DNA of 64,000 bases from a bacterium (GCA_030680695.1 JAUXUT010000149.1:536324-600323), one strand, 5' to 3'. Numbered from the stretch's first letter, positions 10,351 through 19,777 are shown. Numbers and translations: made by a program. The notes: a model not told the origin generated them from the sequence alone.

Positions 10351-11113
10351 TCTGCCAGATGCGCCGGGAATCGTTATTCGCGACATTGATCGTGTCATTC
10401 AAAACTTCGTCGAACAATCAAGGGACGCGATAAAGCTTCATGAAGTCTCGATCCTTTCAAAAAACGCGTACATCGACGGAGTTGCTGGTGCGGGCGCCAA
10501 AGACGCCCAAAAGGAATGGTTGCGAATTGTCGCTTCACCGTCTCTCAAGGGCACGGTGAATGTGAGTAACCTCACCTTAACTGGCGGCGGCTATGGAGTA
10601 TCGGCACGCCTGCCACAGGCGGTGAATCTAACCGTTCTTGGTTCGACATACAAAAAGTCTGATGTGATGATGCCGGCCAAAGGCGTCGCCATCGTATCAA
10701 CTGGCAAGTCCCCTATCGGCACGTCGTTTCGTGTGAACATGTGCACGGGATACCTCGGCCAGTTCCAAAGCTACGTCCCCGCGCTCGCACAAGAATGCCC
10801 AAGCCCGGCCGCAAAGCTCGTCGCCTATGGCCTCGGCAACGATGCTTCTTGCAAAGCCTTTGTTGAAAAGTTGCCTAAATGCCGCGCATACAACGGATCA
10901 TATCCATCAAACATATCTGCTGCGTGCCGCGCATTCGTGTCTGGCGAGCTCTCATATAATTCGTGCGTAGCAAAACACCAAGACAGTGTAGGATTCTATA
11001 AGGACGAGTGGAGACTGTTCCTCGAAGAAAAAGACGAGCTTTGGAAACAGAAGGGCGAAATCATACGCCTCCACGACAGGACTGGTAATGCGATTGATGC
11101 GGTTACGTATTAA
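10142..11113 (+). CDS. hypothetical Cys-rich membrane-anchored secreted protein
   Basis: Start at MDIFKGLFKEFGWFFNLLIGLSIIWFF (TM/signal anchor); C-terminal half has 8 Cys. An upstream ATG at 10094 is also possible. Confidence 0.5.
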   Translation: MDIFKGLFKEFGWFFNLLIGLSIIWFFTGGYLSETAKEGPYLKPPAPLDTGEAYGGKLTNTAIAPKQTLNLPDAPGIVIRDIDRVIQNFVEQSRDAIKLHEVSILSKNAYIDGVAGAGAKDAQKEWLRIVASPSLKGTVNVSNLTLTGGGYGVSARLPQAVNLTVLGSTYKKSDVMMPAKGVAIVSTGKSPIGTSFRVNMCTGYLGQFQSYVPALAQECPSPAAKLVAYGLGNDASCKAFVEKLPKCRAYNGSYPSNISAACRAFVSGELSYNSCVAKHQDSVGFYKDEWRLFLEEKDELWKQKGEIIRLHDRTGNAIDAVTY

Positions 11114-11592
11114 TCAAACCAGCGGAACAAGACGATACCTGCCGATACCGATACATTAAGCGACTCTTTCATGCCGCGCATGGGGATTTCAGCCACGATG
11201 TCTGCCTTGGCGAGGTTGGTAGACGGCACTCCATCTACCTCATTCCCGAATACGACGAGTGTTTTCTTGCCCGGCTTAAACTTTTTATAATCTATTGATG
11301 TGGGTGATTGTTCAACACAGACAATCTGGAATCCCTCGCTCTTGAGCTTCTTCATAAGGGCCGCGGGCGACTTCTTCGCTTCCCATGGCAACGTATTCTC
11401 GGAACCTAATGCGCATTTGGCGAAATCAGTGCGGTGTTTGCCGAAACGATCCACGGGTGTGGGTGTGTAACCAGTCAAATAGATATGCGAGGCGCCAATG
11501 GCGTCTGCCGTGCGAAAAATGGCGCCTGTGTTGTATACGGATCGGATGTCGTGGAGGAGGATGCGGACATCTCGCATGGAAACTGTCTTCAT
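11110..11592 (-). CDS. SpoU/TrmH family (SPOUT) RNA 2'-O-methyltransferase
   Basis: 160 aa; SPOUT motifs (NTGAIFRTADAIGA, VFGNEVDGV, SLNVSVSAGIVLF). Confidence 0.75.
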   Translation of the reverse strand: MKTVSMRDVRILLHDIRSVYNTGAIFRTADAIGASHIYLTGYTPTPVDRFGKHRTDFAKCALGSENTLPWEAKKSPAALMKKLKSEGFQIVCVEQSPTSIDYKKFKPGKKTLVVFGNEVDGVPSTNLAKADIVAEIPMRGMKESLNVSVSAGIVLFRWFD

Positions 11593-11656
11593 GTCCGCCC
11601 ACCAAGAATCGAACTTGGGACCATCTCCTTAAAAGGGAGCTGCTCTACCGACTGAG
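11584..11656 (-). tRNA. tRNA-Lys (anticodon TTT), no encoded CCA
   Basis: Reverse-complement folds as a cloverleaf: acceptor CCGCCCA/TGGGCGG, D-arm GCTC-AGTCGGTA-GAGC, anticodon stem/loop GCTCC-CTTTTAA-GGAGA, T-arm CCAAG-TTCGATT-CTTGG. Confidence 0.85.
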
Positions 11657-11714
11657 CTATGGGCGGGAAATACTGACAACAATAGTGACAATGGCGATAA
11701 TAGCGCAAAGAGGC

Positions 11715-12455
11715 CTATAGGTCGAGGGCGAGCTTCTCGAGCTCGTGCTCAAACTGGCCCTGGCCGCGGTGAGCTCGATGATACATATGAACGAGTTTCG
11801 AGAGCAAGCCGTCCACCTCGCCAGGTTTCCAAACGGAAAGGGCGCGCTTTGCTTTGCTGTACACGAACGGATTGAGACCGGCCTCGCCCGCGGACGCAGA
11901 CTTTTCGGCAAGGGCGAGCGATTTGGCCTGCCAGAACAGTATGCCGTGAATTTCTTCGGGCACCGCATCGTGGTCGAGGGCATCACGAAGCATGACCCAA
12001 AGTTTTTTCTTGTCCTTGTTGGCGAGCGCATCGGCCATTGGAAAAAGGCTTGAAGATTCTTTGGCCTTTGCTGCGCCTTCCTCGAGCGCGTATTCCTGAA
12101 CCTTCTCGGCTCGTTTATCGAGTTTCTTTAAAACCTCTTTGGTGAGCTTCCCTTCCGAGAATATGAAAATGTTTGGGGATTCGGCGATGGCATCTATCTT
12201 GTCCATGACCATATCGCGCACGTCTGGCACCTCGAGCGTGCGGTCCATCAATATGATCTGCTTGTTCTCGAAAAGACCTTGGGATTGTGTGAGTTCCTCC
12301 AATTTCTCTGGCGTCACCTGATCGCCCGTCAAAGTCCCCGCGGCGGCATCCGGTTTCTTTTCCTTAAGTGCATCAAACAGAGCGCGTGATTTCTCGCGCG
12401 CCAAATCCGTGTCGGTGCCGTAGATGACGTATAGCATCGTAGATAAGTGTATCAT
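11715..12455 (-). CDS. holA: DNA polymerase III delta subunit-like (short HolA)
   Basis: N-terminus MLYVIYGTD typical of HolA; C-terminal helical domain (LFPMADALANKDKKKLWVMLRDAL..EEIHGILFWQAKSL). Confidence 0.6.
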   Translation of the reverse strand: MIHLSTMLYVIYGTDTDLAREKSRALFDALKEKKPDAAAGTLTGDQVTPEKLEELTQSQGLFENKQIILMDRTLEVPDVRDMVMDKIDAIAESPNIFIFSEGKLTKEVLKKLDKRAEKVQEYALEEGAAKAKESSSLFPMADALANKDKKKLWVMLRDALDHDAVPEEIHGILFWQAKSLALAEKSASAGEAGLNPFVYSKAKRALSVWKPGEVDGLLSKLVHMYHRAHRGQGQFEHELEKLALDL

Positions 12456-12506
12456 TCCGGTCGGGCGACTTGCACGCGCATATCATGTACGTTATTATGT
12501 ACATAT

Positions 12507-12858
12507 GAACGTAAAGACAACTATATCAACCACCGAGGCGCGCAAGAGGCTTTTCGATATCGTCGACGAGGTGTCTTCCCCTGCGGTCGTTTACACCCTT
12601 ACCGAACGCGGCCGCCCAAAGGCAGTCATTATGTCGGCCGAAGAATATGAATCCTGGGTCGAAACAATGGAAGTGATGCGGGAATTTCCTAACCTAGACA
12701 AAGACGTACGGGAGACTCGACAGGCTTGGAAGACCGGCGCATGGAAGAAATGGTCTGTGTATCGGGGTATGGTGAACGGTAAACTGGTTTTTAACGACAA
12801 GCCAAAATTGAATGTATACGCTCGTACTAAAACAAAACGTAAGAAAGAAACTCGATAA
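12507..12858 (+). CDS. Phd/YefM family type II antitoxin
   Basis: MNVKTTISTTEARKRLFDIVDEV...AVVYTLTERGRPKAVIMSAEEYESWVETMEVM matches the Phd/YefM fold signature. The ORF tail overlaps the toxin start by 47 nt. Confidence 0.7.
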
Positions 12859-13063
12859 GCTCGATGAAAGCCTACAGAGGCGAATCGGACTAGCTTTTGA
12901 GAAATTAATGACGGACCCTTTCCAGGGCAAAAAACTTGAGGGTAAATACAAAGGCCTGCGGTCCCTGCGCGTCTGGCCTTACCGGATCATATATGAAATC
13001 AGGAATCGTGAACTTATCGTGACAATCATCGCGGTAGCGCACAGAAAAGATGCGTATCGATAG
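12812..13063 (+). CDS. RelE/ParE family type II toxin
   Basis: 83 aa; MYTLVLKQNVRKKLDKLDESLQRRI ... YRIIYEIRNRELIVTIIAVAHRKDAY is the canonical RelE/ParE pattern. Confidence 0.75.
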   Translation: MYTLVLKQNVRKKLDKLDESLQRRIGLAFEKLMTDPFQGKKLEGKYKGLRSLRVWPYRIIYEIRNRELIVTIIAVAHRKDAYR

Positions 13064-13090
13064 CAAACAAAAAGGGCTCTGTTGAGCCCT
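13063..13090 (-). terminator. intrinsic terminator after polA (GGGCTCTGTTGAGCCC hairpin + T-tract on minus strand)
   Basis: Perfect 6-bp stem with TGTT loop; minus-strand reading is followed by TTTTTGTTTG. Confidence 0.6.
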
Positions 13091-13151
13091 ACAACCGTTG
13101 CATCAAAAAATCTAAACGCTTCCTTGTGCGCGCCTAAGCAGAAGGAGGCGT

Positions 13152-15575
13152 TTAGATTTTCTCCATTTCACCCCAATTCTCACCCATCTTCGCCTCGGCC
13201 GCGATGGTGATTCCATATATGTCTTTCGGCGAGATGATGCCTTCCATAATCTCTTTGATGTCGGGCACGATTGTGCGTGCGACCTCGTCTTTGGCTTCAA
13301 TCACGATTTCGTCGTGTATCTGCATGAGGATGCGCGCCTTGTCGGTTAGTTTCTTGTCCTCGAGGTATTTCTGAATGCGAATCATGGCGAGCTTTACAAT
13401 GTCAGCCTCGGTGCCCTGTATCGGTGCGTTGATTGCCATGCGTTCGGCGGCTGCGCGGATGAACGGGAGCTTGGACTTGAGCCCTTCAAAATATCGGCGG
13501 CGGCCGAAGAATGTTTCGGTGTATCCCTTGCGGGCGGCGTCGGCTTTTACCGCGTCGAGGTATCCCGCAAGTCCATGGAACTTCTCGAAATACTCGTTAT
13601 AAAACTTCTGGGCAGCCTTGCGATCAACACCCATGTTTTTTTGCAGAGCGGTCACACCCATGCCGTACATCACGCCGAAGTTGATAACCTTAGCCTGATT
13701 GCGCATTGTTTTGGTTACCGATTCTACCGGAACGCCGAAAACCTGTGCGGCAACCGCGGCGTGAACGTCTTCTCCCCTGCGGAAGATGTCTATGAATTTA
13801 TCGTCCTTTGATAAAAAGGCTGCGATGCGCAATTCGATTTGAGAATAATCAAAGGCGAGCAGTTTCCAGCCTTTTTCGGCGATGAAAGCGTTTCGAATTC
13901 GGCGGCCGAGGTCGCTTCGGTTTGGAATGTTTTGGATTGAAGGGTCTTTGGTTGCCATGCGGCCTGTCGCGGCGCCTGTTTGTATCGAGGTTGGATGAAC
14001 GCGGCCGTTCTCGTCGGCAAGTTTTGGAATGGTCTCTATGTAGGTACCGAGAAGTTTAGCGAGCTCGCGGTATTTAAGGATTTCACCGATGATCGGATGC
14101 TCTTCGGAAAGTTTCTCGAGTTCTGATTCCTTGGTTGAAAGCGCGCCGCCCGCGGTCTTTTTCTGACGACCCTTGGTCGGTTTGAGGCCGAGCTTTACGA
14201 AAAGTATCTCGCCCAACTGTTTTGGTGAAGCAATATTGAATTCCACGCCAGCCATACTGTGTATAGATTTCTCGAGGGTTTCGAGTTCTTTACGGTACTC
14301 GGTGCCGAGTTTTTCCAAATACTTCACGTCGATTTTAACGCCGTCCTCTTTCATTTTGTCGAGAATCGGGATAAGGGGTTTTTCTATATCTTCATAGACT
14401 TTCTTGGCGCCTTTTTGTTCGAGTGTGGCCTCGAGAATGCCGTACGCATCATTGAAAGTCTTTGCTCTGGTGTACTCGATGAGGTCGTTCGGCTCTGGGT
14501 CGGTCCTATTCGAATCGACGAGAAAAAGCATGATCAAGGCCTCTTTCAACTTGTTACCGTCCGCGTCCGACATGTCTACGGGCGCTTCGGACAAGGTCGC
14601 ATCAGCGAGCGACGCCGAGGGGCCGTCTGCGGCCAACACCTCCCTGCCCAGGGCGTTCTTGAGCTTGATGGCCATGGTGCGGAATTCAAGCGCCGTGAAA
14701 AGCGCGGCGGCCTTGTCCACATCGACGGCGTCTTTCCATTTTTTCTCTGGCAATTTGAAATCTATCGGTGCGTCGCGGCGAATGGTGGCCAGCACTTTTG
14801 AAAATTCTGCGTCATCTTGTCCTTTTTCGAGAAGCTCGATGACGCGAGGAGTCAATCCCGCCTCGATAAAATCTTCTTTATTATTTCTTAATTTTTTATA
14901 TATCTCCTCGATCGAACCAAACTTTGTAATGAGCGTTGTGGCCGTTTTATCGCCGATGCCTTTGATACCGACAATGTTGTCAGACGGGTCACCGCGCAGG
15001 CCTTTGTAGTCTGGCAAAAGGGCTGGCCCGAATCCGTATCGTTCAACGACGCCCTTCTCGTCATAAATAATCATATCTTTAATGCCCTTCTTCAGTGTGT
15101 ACACGCGCACGCGTTCACCAGAAACGAGCTGAAGGGTGTCCATATCGCCCGATGCGATGATGATTTCGAGGCCTTTATCTTTCTGCCAATCCTTTCTGGT
15201 GAGTTCGACGATGGTGCCAAGCATGTCATCCGCCTCGAACCCTTCCAGATCGTAAATAGGGATGCTGAGGCACTCGAATATCTCGCGGCTCCGGAGGATT
15301 TGCGATACAAGGGCATCGTCGGTCTTTGCTCGTCCTGCTTTGTAGTCCTTGTAGGCGACGTGGCGATGTGTTGGTTTCGGCAAGTCATAAGCCGCGACGA
15401 TATAGTCGGGTTTAAGTTGTTCGACCGCCGAAAGAATCATAGTTGAAAGCCCGTACAAAGCGCCGGTTGGCTCGCCTTTGGAGGTCGCAAAATCAGGTAG
15501 CGCATGATACGCGCGGTGCAATATGGCATGTGAATCGAGAAGGATGAGGCGCTTCATGGGCCTATTATAGCCCAC
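13152..15575 (-). CDS. polA: DNA polymerase I (5'-3' exonuclease + polymerase domains; short form)
   Basis: 807 aa; N-terminal 5'-nuclease motifs (LILLDSHAILHRAYHAL), C-terminal family A polymerase motifs (RRxAKxxNFGxxYG, QIHDE). Confidence 0.9.
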   Translation of the reverse strand: MGYNRPMKRLILLDSHAILHRAYHALPDFATSKGEPTGALYGLSTMILSAVEQLKPDYIVAAYDLPKPTHRHVAYKDYKAGRAKTDDALVSQILRSREIFECLSIPIYDLEGFEADDMLGTIVELTRKDWQKDKGLEIIIASGDMDTLQLVSGERVRVYTLKKGIKDMIIYDEKGVVERYGFGPALLPDYKGLRGDPSDNIVGIKGIGDKTATTLITKFGSIEEIYKKLRNNKEDFIEAGLTPRVIELLEKGQDDAEFSKVLATIRRDAPIDFKLPEKKWKDAVDVDKAAALFTALEFRTMAIKLKNALGREVLAADGPSASLADATLSEAPVDMSDADGNKLKEALIMLFLVDSNRTDPEPNDLIEYTRAKTFNDAYGILEATLEQKGAKKVYEDIEKPLIPILDKMKEDGVKIDVKYLEKLGTEYRKELETLEKSIHSMAGVEFNIASPKQLGEILFVKLGLKPTKGRQKKTAGGALSTKESELEKLSEEHPIIGEILKYRELAKLLGTYIETIPKLADENGRVHPTSIQTGAATGRMATKDPSIQNIPNRSDLGRRIRNAFIAEKGWKLLAFDYSQIELRIAAFLSKDDKFIDIFRRGEDVHAAVAAQVFGVPVESVTKTMRNQAKVINFGVMYGMGVTALQKNMGVDRKAAQKFYNEYFEKFHGLAGYLDAVKADAARKGYTETFFGRRRYFEGLKSKLPFIRAAAERMAINAPIQGTEADIVKLAMIRIQKYLEDKKLTDKARILMQIHDEIVIEAKDEVARTIVPDIKEIMEGIISPKDIYGITIAAEAKMGENWGEMEKI

Positions 15576-15581
15576 AGTGCT

Positions 15582-16037
15582 TTATTTAAACGATATCTCC
15601 CGCTCACCTTCGGCACTGCCATCAATGTGGCTGAACTTGATGCGGATTGCATTTGCAGGCAACGCATCACCTATTCTTTCTGGCCATTCGACAAGGATGA
15701 GGTTCGACGGATCGGCAACGGTCTCGTTCCAATGCAATTTTTCAACATCAGCGGCGCTTTCCAGGCGATACGCATCAATATGAATTAATGTTTTCCAATT
15801 CGTCCGGCCCACTTTCGATGCGTCAATGGTAAAACGTTTCTCAATTACAAATGTTGGACTTGTCACATCGTCTTCGAAAACACCAAACGCGGCGGCGAAC
15901 GATTTTGCAAAAGTTGTCTTGCCCGATCCGAGCTCACCCGAAAGGGCGACAATTGTTGCGCCAGATGTGGCTGGCTCGAGCCTTGATGCGAATTCGCGGG
16001 CAATAGCGGCCGTTTCTGTGAGGGATTTAGATATCAT
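15582..16037 (-). CDS. tsaE: tRNA threonylcarbamoyladenosine biosynthesis protein TsaE
   Basis: 151 aa; P-loop GELGSGKTTF followed by SPTFV motif characteristic of YjeE/TsaE. Confidence 0.8.
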   Translation of the reverse strand: MISKSLTETAAIAREFASRLEPATSGATIVALSGELGSGKTTFAKSFAAAFGVFEDDVTSPTFVIEKRFTIDASKVGRTNWKTLIHIDAYRLESAADVEKLHWNETVADPSNLILVEWPERIGDALPANAIRIKFSHIDGSAEGEREISFK

Positions 16038-16064
16038 GGGTCCATTCTATATATAAATTCAGCC

Positions 16065-16100
16065 ATAAAAAAGAGGCCCCCGCTTTCGCAAAGGGCCTCT
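16065..16100 (-). terminator. intrinsic terminator downstream of the lipoprotein gene
   Basis: AGAGGCCC...GGGCCTCT 8-bp stem preceded by AAAAAAG on the plus strand, which is a T-tract on the minus strand. Confidence 0.55.
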
Positions 16101-16122
16101 GAGAGTGTGGGCCTGCTTGTGG

Positions 16123-16551
16123 CTAACCCGAGCGGTGTTCACCTTTGTAGGGTGCCCACTCGCGATGCCAATAGTCCCGAGAATTACCGGGACGGAACGA
16201 CCTCGAGGCGGTGCCTGTGAGGGTCGTACCGACATAGTATTCGACGGTGACGACCACCGTATCGTTTTGAAGGACTATGCATGGCGATGTCGCGTGAACG
16301 GCACCGCCCGGATAAGACGACTGATACGTCGCCGATTTCCCTGCGGGAAACACGGTGATGTATGCGCGCATCGTTTCAGACGGGTAACGGTTGGCGATGT
16401 GGACGCCGGACCGGTGGGTATACCCCGACTCGATCCTTGTCCCCATGGCATGGGTCGTGATGACCCCGCGTTCCTTCTCGACGACGACCTGGCAACCAGA
16501 CGCTGTGAACATGACAAGCAGGCTGACAATGAACAGGGTGATAATTTTCAT
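16123..16551 (-). CDS. hypothetical lipoprotein (GC-rich gene)
   Basis: Signal peptide MKIITLFIVSLLVMFTASGC with lipobox Cys; by eye the gene is markedly more GC-rich than its neighbours. Confidence 0.5.
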   Translation of the reverse strand: MKIITLFIVSLLVMFTASGCQVVVEKERGVITTHAMGTRIESGYTHRSGVHIANRYPSETMRAYITVFPAGKSATYQSSYPGGAVHATSPCIVLQNDTVVVTVEYYVGTTLTGTASRSFRPGNSRDYWHREWAPYKGEHRSG

Positions 16552-16640
16552 GGTAAAGACTGAGTTTGGTACGTGGGCGTGGTGCCCACGGTTTCATCTT
16601 CTATTATATCATATACAGGATATTTGTCAATAGCATAAAA

Positions 16641-18356
16641 ATGGCCATAAAACGATACAATATCACCATGACTGTTACCTTCGATGAAGAAAAGCAGGAC
16701 CGCAAGCTAGACGAATTCCATAAACAGGAAGAGAAGGACCTCGCGCAAATCCTCGCATCGCGTTATGGGCTCGAGTATGCGGACCTTACCCCTTTGCATA
16801 TAGACATGGATGCATTGCGTGTCATAGACGAGAAAGAGGCGCGCGCAGCAAAAGTTGCCCCATACAGCGTGATCGGACGAAAAATAAAAGTTGCTGTTTT
16901 GTCACCGGCCAATGAACAGACTCAACAAATCATCCGTCTCATTCAATCAAAAGGATTTGAAGTGACGCCTGTCGTCACTTCCCCAACAAGCCTGGCCAAG
17001 GTGTACACGAGCTATGCCGATCTTTCTTTCTCGACCGAAACAAGGGCCGGTGCGTTTGATATATCAAGCGAAGATATAAAAATATATCTCGATGAGATAC
17101 ATTCCATGGAAGACGTTCGTGTCCGTCTCGACGAGGTGGTTAAATTAAAGAAAGGTTTCCGTATATCAAAGATTCTTGAAATTGTTCTGTCGGGTGCGCT
17201 CGCGACCAAGGCGTCTGACATCCACGTTGAACCAGAAGAAGCGTTCGCTCGCCTACGATATCGCCTCGATGGCGTCTTGACCGACGTTATGAATTTCGAT
17301 CTTGAGACTTTTGCGCTCTTGGTATCTCGCATCAAACTTCTTTCTGGACTAAAACTCAATGTGAAAAGCGAGGCCCAGGATGGCCGTTTTAGCGTAAAGC
17401 TCGGTGGGGAGGATATTGAAATCCGAACTTCGGCCCTGCCTGGTGCATATAACGAATCCATTGTTATGCGATTGCTCAATCCAAAATCGATTCAGGTGCC
17501 GCTCGAAGAGCTTGGTATACCGAAAAAACTCCTTGGAATTTTGCTCGAGGAAATCAAAAAACCTAATGGCATGATCCTTACCACTGGACCGACTGGTTCC
17601 GGAAAGACCACGACTCTGTATGCGTTCCTGCGCAAGATTCACACGCCAGATGTGAAGATCATCACCATCGAAGACCCTATCGAATACCATCTCCCTGGTA
17701 TCGTTCAGACCCAAACCCACGCACAAAAGGGATACACCTTCGCGCTCGGCCTACGTAGCGCCCTGCGTCAGGACCCCGATGTCATCATGGTCGGTGAAAT
17801 TCGCGACAGCGAGACGGCAAACACGGCCATTGATTCGGCGCTCACGGGGCACCTCGTCTTCTCGACTTTGCACACCAATTCTGCCGCTGGATCGTATCCA
17901 CGTCTTGCCGAACTCGGTGTTAACCCTCGCACCATGTCGTCGGCGATCAATATCACGCTCGCACAACGATTGGTCCGAACACTTTGTCCGTATTGTAAAA
18001 AAGAAGAAGTGCTCGCTGGTGCAGACAAAGAAAAAGTCGACCGAATTCTCGCATCTATTGTAGATAAGTCAGAAATACCACCTGAAATAGCTGGCGGTAC
18101 GACCAAATTGTGGAAATCTGTCGGTTGCGACAAATGCAACATGACTGGATATAAAGGCCGTATCGGTGTCTACGAGGGCATCATAACAACGCCGGATATC
18201 GACAAGGCCCTCCAGGTCGAATCAAATGCCGACGATATACAAAAGGCCGCCATTTCCCAGGGCATCCTGACCCTGACTCAAGACGGTGTATTGAAGGCGC
18301 TTCGTGGCATAACCACAATAGACGAGCTTGAGCGAGTCATAGACCTGTCGGCCTAG
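16641..18356 (+). CDS. pilB: type II/IV secretion ATPase (PilB/GspE family)
   Basis: Walker A GPTGSGKTTTLYAFL, Asp/His boxes, tetracysteine motif CPYCKKEE...CDKCNMTGYKGRIGVYEG; N-terminal T2SSE_N-like domain. Start chosen at MAIKRYN; the ORF track starts at 16566. Confidence 0.85.
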   Translation: MAIKRYNITMTVTFDEEKQDRKLDEFHKQEEKDLAQILASRYGLEYADLTPLHIDMDALRVIDEKEARAAKVAPYSVIGRKIKVAVLSPANEQTQQIIRLIQSKGFEVTPVVTSPTSLAKVYTSYADLSFSTETRAGAFDISSEDIKIYLDEIHSMEDVRVRLDEVVKLKKGFRISKILEIVLSGALATKASDIHVEPEEAFARLRYRLDGVLTDVMNFDLETFALLVSRIKLLSGLKLNVKSEAQDGRFSVKLGGEDIEIRTSALPGAYNESIVMRLLNPKSIQVPLEELGIPKKLLGILLEEIKKPNGMILTTGPTGSGKTTTLYAFLRKIHTPDVKIITIEDPIEYHLPGIVQTQTHAQKGYTFALGLRSALRQDPDVIMVGEIRDSETANTAIDSALTGHLVFSTLHTNSAAGSYPRLAELGVNPRTMSSAINITLAQRLVRTLCPYCKKEEVLAGADKEKVDRILASIVDKSEIPPEIAGGTTKLWKSVGCDKCNMTGYKGRIGVYEGIITTPDIDKALQVESNADDIQKAAISQGILTLTQDGVLKALRGITTIDELERVIDLSA

Positions 18357-18446
18357 ATCACTGGCCGATTTGCCTCGCCCCTGTTCGTGTGTCGCTTTGA
18401 AAAAACTAGGTTGCAGGAGACAATACGAAGAGTAGTATTGAGCCCA

Positions 18447-18493
18447 GAAAAGAAAAAGCCCGCCGGGACATCATTGGACGTCAGTGGCGGGCT
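18447..18493 (-). terminator. minus-strand intrinsic terminator (GCCCGCC...GGCGGGC stem + TTTTTCTTTT)
   Basis: 7-bp GC stem with a large loop; the minus strand is followed by a T-tract. No annotated minus-strand gene lies upstream of it. Confidence 0.4.
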
Positions 18494-18690
18494 CGTTCCA
18501 GAACATAAATCTCCAAGCGATACTTAGTGACATGCATCATAAAGCTAAGGTGAGTCCTTAGGATAGGCCCAGTAAAAACACCGAGGTGTTTAACCAGACC
18601 GTCCCGAGAATGACACCTAGTAAACCGTAAGGTTCAATCGCTTAGAGATTTATACTCTGGAGCAATGGATTTCAATACTCACTCTGTCAC
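18494..18690 (-). ncRNA. candidate ~190-nt small RNA (unclassified)
   Basis: Promoter-like TTGAAA-15/16nt-TATAAAT on the minus strand near 18655-18685 and a terminator at 18447-18493. The 5' segment AAGCGAT can pair with ATCGCTT just upstream of the terminator. No RNase P, tmRNA or SRP motifs found. Confidence 0.25.
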
Positions 18691-18716
18691 TTCTATCTTA
18701 GCATAAAGCATCTAAT

Positions 18717-19760
18717 ATGTCAAGTACCTCTGAGACAAAGAAGACGGTAGGTGAAAATAATGGCCAAGATAAAGGCTCCTTTGGCAAGGACGAACTTTTT
18801 CTTGATACGACATTACGTCCAACGACCTGGGACGAGTACGTCGGCCAAAAAGGCGTTAAAGATAACCTCAAGGTGCTCTTGCGTGCTGCTTCTGAACGAA
18901 AACATCCGCCAGAGCACATCCTTTTCTATGGTCCACCGGGCCTAGGCAAGACAACACTCGCCCACCTTATCGCCCGCGAGACGTCGTCGCAGATAAAAGT
19001 GACATCCGGGCCTTCGATCGAGAAAGTTGGTGACCTTGCATCGATTCTCACCAACCTTGCGCCTGGTGACATGCTCTTCATCGACGAAATCCATCGACTT
19101 AACAAGGCGATCGAGGAAGTTCTCTACCCTGCCATGGAATCTGGTTCGCTCGACATCATAATTGGCAAGGGTCCGTCGGCACGTACTATTCAATTGGAGT
19201 TGCCGCCCTTCACCCTGTTGGCCGCAACGACGCGCATTGCTCTCCTTTCGGCGCCATTGCGCTCGCGATTCAGCGGCGGGACGTTCAAGCTGGAATTTTA
19301 TACGAATGATGAAATACAGCAGATTATCCATAGATCTGCCAAGATGCTTGGTATCGATATAGACAAGGCATCGGCGCATAAAATCGCTCAACGAAGCCGT
19401 TATACGCCGCGCACAGCAAACTTCCTTTTGAAACGCGTGCGTGACCTCGCCCAGGTTGAAAAAGTGCCGCTGTCGCCAGAAATCGTAGAAAAAACTCTTG
19501 TTATGCTTGGGATAGATGAGTTGGGGCTTAATCAGGCCGACCGGGATCTCTTGAAGACGCTTATAAACAAATTTGCTGGTGGCCCGGTCGGCCTCAATAC
19601 CTTGGCGGCGTCGCTTGCCGAAGAAGAAGCAACCGTAGAAGAAGTACATGAACCATACCTACTCCAGCTCGGTCTCATCGAACGAACTCCGCGTGGCAGA
19701 AAAGCGACGGACAAAGCCTTCACTCACTTGAATATCAAAAATATCGGTTTAGGATTGTAA
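18717..19760 (+). CDS. ruvB: Holliday junction ATP-dependent DNA helicase RuvB
   Basis: 347 aa; Walker A GPPGLGKTTLAHLIA, Walker B DEIHRL, sensor motifs, C-terminal winged helix. Confidence 0.9.
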   Translation: MSSTSETKKTVGENNGQDKGSFGKDELFLDTTLRPTTWDEYVGQKGVKDNLKVLLRAASERKHPPEHILFYGPPGLGKTTLAHLIARETSSQIKVTSGPSIEKVGDLASILTNLAPGDMLFIDEIHRLNKAIEEVLYPAMESGSLDIIIGKGPSARTIQLELPPFTLLAATTRIALLSAPLRSRFSGGTFKLEFYTNDEIQQIIHRSAKMLGIDIDKASAHKIAQRSRYTPRTANFLLKRVRDLAQVEKVPLSPEIVEKTLVMLGIDELGLNQADRDLLKTLINKFAGGPVGLNTLAASLAEEEATVEEVHEPYLLQLGLIERTPRGRKATDKAFTHLNIKNIGLGL

Positions 19761-19777
19761 TCTAATCACACAAAAGC

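Noticed and set aside
9682-10417. Minus-strand ORFs (189 and 85 aa) antisense to fpg and the downstream membrane-protein gene
   Set aside because: Antisense to well-supported genes with no features of their own; spurious, as are the many similar antisense ORFs inside polA, pilB, PBP1A, uvrD and others.
18698-18919. 73-aa minus-strand ORF upstream of and overlapping ruvB
   Set aside because: Overlaps the ruvB start and promoter region, has no recognisable features, and is compositionally odd; treated as spurious. The minus-strand terminator is more likely for a non-coding RNA.
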